IMG/VR virus record: IMGVR_UViG_3300044715_001315
Coordinates: 1-25,878 of that record
Origin: a virus
Taxonomy: Duplodnaviria > Caudoviricetes
Strand: one strand, 5' to 3'
Length of the DNA: 25,878 nucleotides
The notes beneath the pieces are model-generated. The model ran no database searches, was not told where the DNA came from, and saw nothing but the letters and a program-made list of their open reading frames with translations. Each line of letters starts with the position of its first letter. The stretch's first letter is position 1. This document shows positions 24,282-25,878 of the stretch, piece after piece. The position numbers and the translations under genes were made by a program.

Positions 24282-24548
24282 ATGGATCCATTTACCACCA
24301 CAGCCGCTAGCGGCCTCACTAAAATGCAGGAGTTTGGCCTTGCCGGGATATTTTTATCTCTTCTGCTGAGTGGCGGCGTATTTGCTGTGTGGTTCTTCGC
24401 GCGGCACTGCGAAAAACGAACCGATGCGGCTTTAAGCGCCTACCACGAGCAGGCGGAGCGAAGCGATGCGGTCGCCGAGAAGGTTACGACTGCATTGCAT
24501 GGCGTGCAGATTGCTCTGGTCAAGCTTGAATCTAAGATCGAGCGGTAG
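24282..24548 (+). CDS. Putative holin (single TM helix plus coiled-coil tail)
   Basis: TM segment GLAGIFLSLLLSGGVFAVWFFA. First gene of the lysis cassette. Confidence 0.65.
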   Translation: MDPFTTTAASGLTKMQEFGLAGIFLSLLLSGGVFAVWFFARHCEKRTDAALSAYHEQAERSDAVAEKVTTALHGVQIALVKLESKIER

Positions 24549-24550
24549 TC

Positions 24551-24949
24551 ATGGAAACATTGATCCTAAAACGCGGACCATCCAAGGCGGACGGGACGCC
24601 GGGAGAGCTTTTTCGCAATGGTGCGCATCTTTGCTACACAATGGAATTGCCGTGGAAAGATAATCGCAACGAAGTTAGCTGCATTCCAGTTGGCGTATAT
24701 CCAGTGGTACGTCATCGTTGGAATACCCCCGAGCATTCGAAAAGCGGATGGAAATTGGAGGGTGTTCCCAATCGCTCAGGTGTGCTGATCCATCGGGGGA
24801 ATACGATTCGCGATATTCTCGGATGCATCCTGGTCGGCAATCGACGTGGAACCCTCAAGGGATTGCCTGCCGTCCTCGATTCGGGCGCCACCATGAACAT
24901 ACTGCGCGCGACGTTGCCGGATGAATTCATTTTGGAGATTACCGCGTGA
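24551..24949 (+). CDS. DUF5675-like protein, putative endolysin
   Basis: CYTMELPWKDN....SCIP.G.Y and VPNRSGVLIHRGN....LGCILVG. Lies between holin and spanins. Confidence 0.75.
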   Translation: METLILKRGPSKADGTPGELFRNGAHLCYTMELPWKDNRNEVSCIPVGVYPVVRHRWNTPEHSKSGWKLEGVPNRSGVLIHRGNTIRDILGCILVGNRRGTLKGLPAVLDSGATMNILRATLPDEFILEITA

Positions 24950-25245
24950 AAGCTGTTTTATTCAATCTCATATCGGGCGCGGTGCGGGGGTGGCTTGGGC
25001 GGTATGGCGTTTATGTGTTGGCGGCTTCCGCAGCCGTCGCTCTGATGTTCGCCTGCTGGTGGCTTTATGATCGTGGCCGCCGCGCCGAGCGCATTGATTG
25101 GGAGGCCTCTACCGCCATTGCTCAGAAAGAAGAGCTGGAAGAAACCGTAAAAAACCAAAAGGAAGCCCATGAAATACGCACCATTAATGCTAATCGCTCT
25201 AGCGGCGACGCTTGGCGCATGCTCGTCCAAAATTGGTCACGTTGA
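24946..25245 (+). CDS. Inner-membrane spanin (Rz-like)
   Basis: N-terminal TM helix followed by a charged coiled coil. Overlaps a lipoprotein gene. Confidence 0.7.
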   Translation: MKAVLFNLISGAVRGWLGRYGVYVLAASAAVALMFACWWLYDRGRRAERIDWEASTAIAQKEELEETVKNQKEAHEIRTINANRSSGDAWRMLVQNWSR

Positions 25246-25414
25246 GGGGCAAAGCCGCGACATTTGCCTGCTGATGGCCCCGGTATGCGTTGATCCAGCC
25301 AAGGATTACCTTACCGACCCAGCGGCGCAAACGGTCTTGAGTAATAACGAAATCGGCCAACGGCATTGTGCGTGGTCATGTCCCAACACCCTAAATAGAA
25401 CCGCCAACTACTGA
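25169..25414 (+). CDS. Outer-membrane spanin lipoprotein (Rz1-like)
   Basis: Signal peptide with lipobox LGAC, additional Cys residues, and D.LT......LSNNE.G...C.W. Partially overlaps the Rz-like gene. Confidence 0.78.
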   Translation: MKYAPLMLIALAATLGACSSKIGHVEGQSRDICLLMAPVCVDPAKDYLTDPAAQTVLSNNEIGQRHCAWSCPNTLNRTANY

Positions 25415-25424
25415 AAGGCATATT

Positions 25425-25682
25425 ATGGACAAATTCTTTTATCATTCTCCCGGACTTGATTCTCCGATCGAGAATGCCATTGCCGTTACTCCAAGCGATA
25501 GCGAGGATCTGGAACAGGTTTCTCGTTGCATTTTCATCGGCGCGGCTGGTGACTTGCGCGTGGCCATGAAGGGCGGTGGCGCGCCTATCACTATTCCCGT
25601 GCAGGCCGGACTTATTCCCCTGCGCGTAAGCCGCATTTACGCTGCAGGTACAACGGCAACTGGCATCGTGGCAGGCTGGTAA
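25425..25682 (+). CDS. Head-spike base protein (RcGTA Rcc01079/GhsA-like)
   Basis: SP...A.AVTPSD..DL..VSR.IFIG.AGDLRV.M..G...G..PLRV.RI.A.GTTATGIVA.W. Confidence 0.85.
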   Translation: MDKFFYHSPGLDSPIENAIAVTPSDSEDLEQVSRCIFIGAAGDLRVAMKGGGAPITIPVQAGLIPLRVSRIYAAGTTATGIVAGW

Positions 25683-25878
25683 TGATTGGCGTTGGCGTAG
25701 CGATCACAAAAATTGCGGTGAATGGCGCAGGCGGCGGCCTTCCGCCGCTGCCGCCGGGCTATGCCTTCGTCGTGAGGAACGGCGCGTATGTGCGCAAGAG
25801 CGGGGCATATGTGATCACTCGCATTGCCCCGCCGGGCTATGTCGCTCTGATGGAGGGCAACGATTACTTAACCGACCC
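25682..25878 (+). CDS. Putative head-spike fibre (Rcc01080/GhsB-like position), truncated by window edge; not in the ORF track
   Basis: TAATG coupling. Translates as MIGVGVAITKIAVNGAGGGLPPLPPGYAFVVRNGAYVRKSGAYVITRIAPPGY..., with a Gly/hydrophobic alternating N-terminus. Open to the end of the window. Confidence 0.6.
   Translation, partial: MIGVGVAITKIAVNGAGGGLPPLPPGYAFVVRNGAYVRKSGAYVITRIAPPGYVALMEGNDYLTD

Noticed and set aside
1-25878. Interpreting the window as a gene transfer agent
   Set aside because: It has its own repressor/cro switch, replication initiator with iterons and late regulator, so it is a temperate phage despite the GTA-like spike genes.

Overview
This window is a contiguous, apparently intact stretch of a temperate, lambda-like siphovirus or prophage. 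The host is most likely an alphaproteobacterium, judging by a GapR/DUF2312 homolog and an RcGTA-type head-spike base protein. From left to right it holds: (1) the N-terminus of a CI-like XRE repressor (minus strand, cut by the window edge), TGTACA operators and cro; (2) an early operon with gapR, a Gp49-family gene, RusA-like and Ref-like nucleases, and a replication initiator with iterons plus a loader; (3) a gene in the Q position whose stop codon overlaps a pR'-like promoter followed by a tR'-like terminator; (4) head genes: terS, terL, portal, MuF, scaffold and major capsid; (5) neck and tail genes, including a -1 frameshifted chaperone and a ~1312-aa tape measure protein; (6) holin, a DUF5675-like putative endolysin and overlapping spanins; (7) a head-spike gene pair running off the right edge. 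Four things stand out. The MuF minor head protein is fused to an intact-looking R-S-ExE ADP-ribosyltransferase and followed by two tiny coupled ORFs, one missing from the ORF track: a candidate virion-delivered toxin/immunity module. Two tRNA-shaped elements keep acceptor, D and T arms but have rebuilt, non-decoding anticodon arms. Several intergenic pseudoknots sit at or near ribosome-binding sites. The late regulator has no Q motif I recognise. All family calls come from motif recognition and synteny, and all RNA folds were paired by eye; no searches were run.
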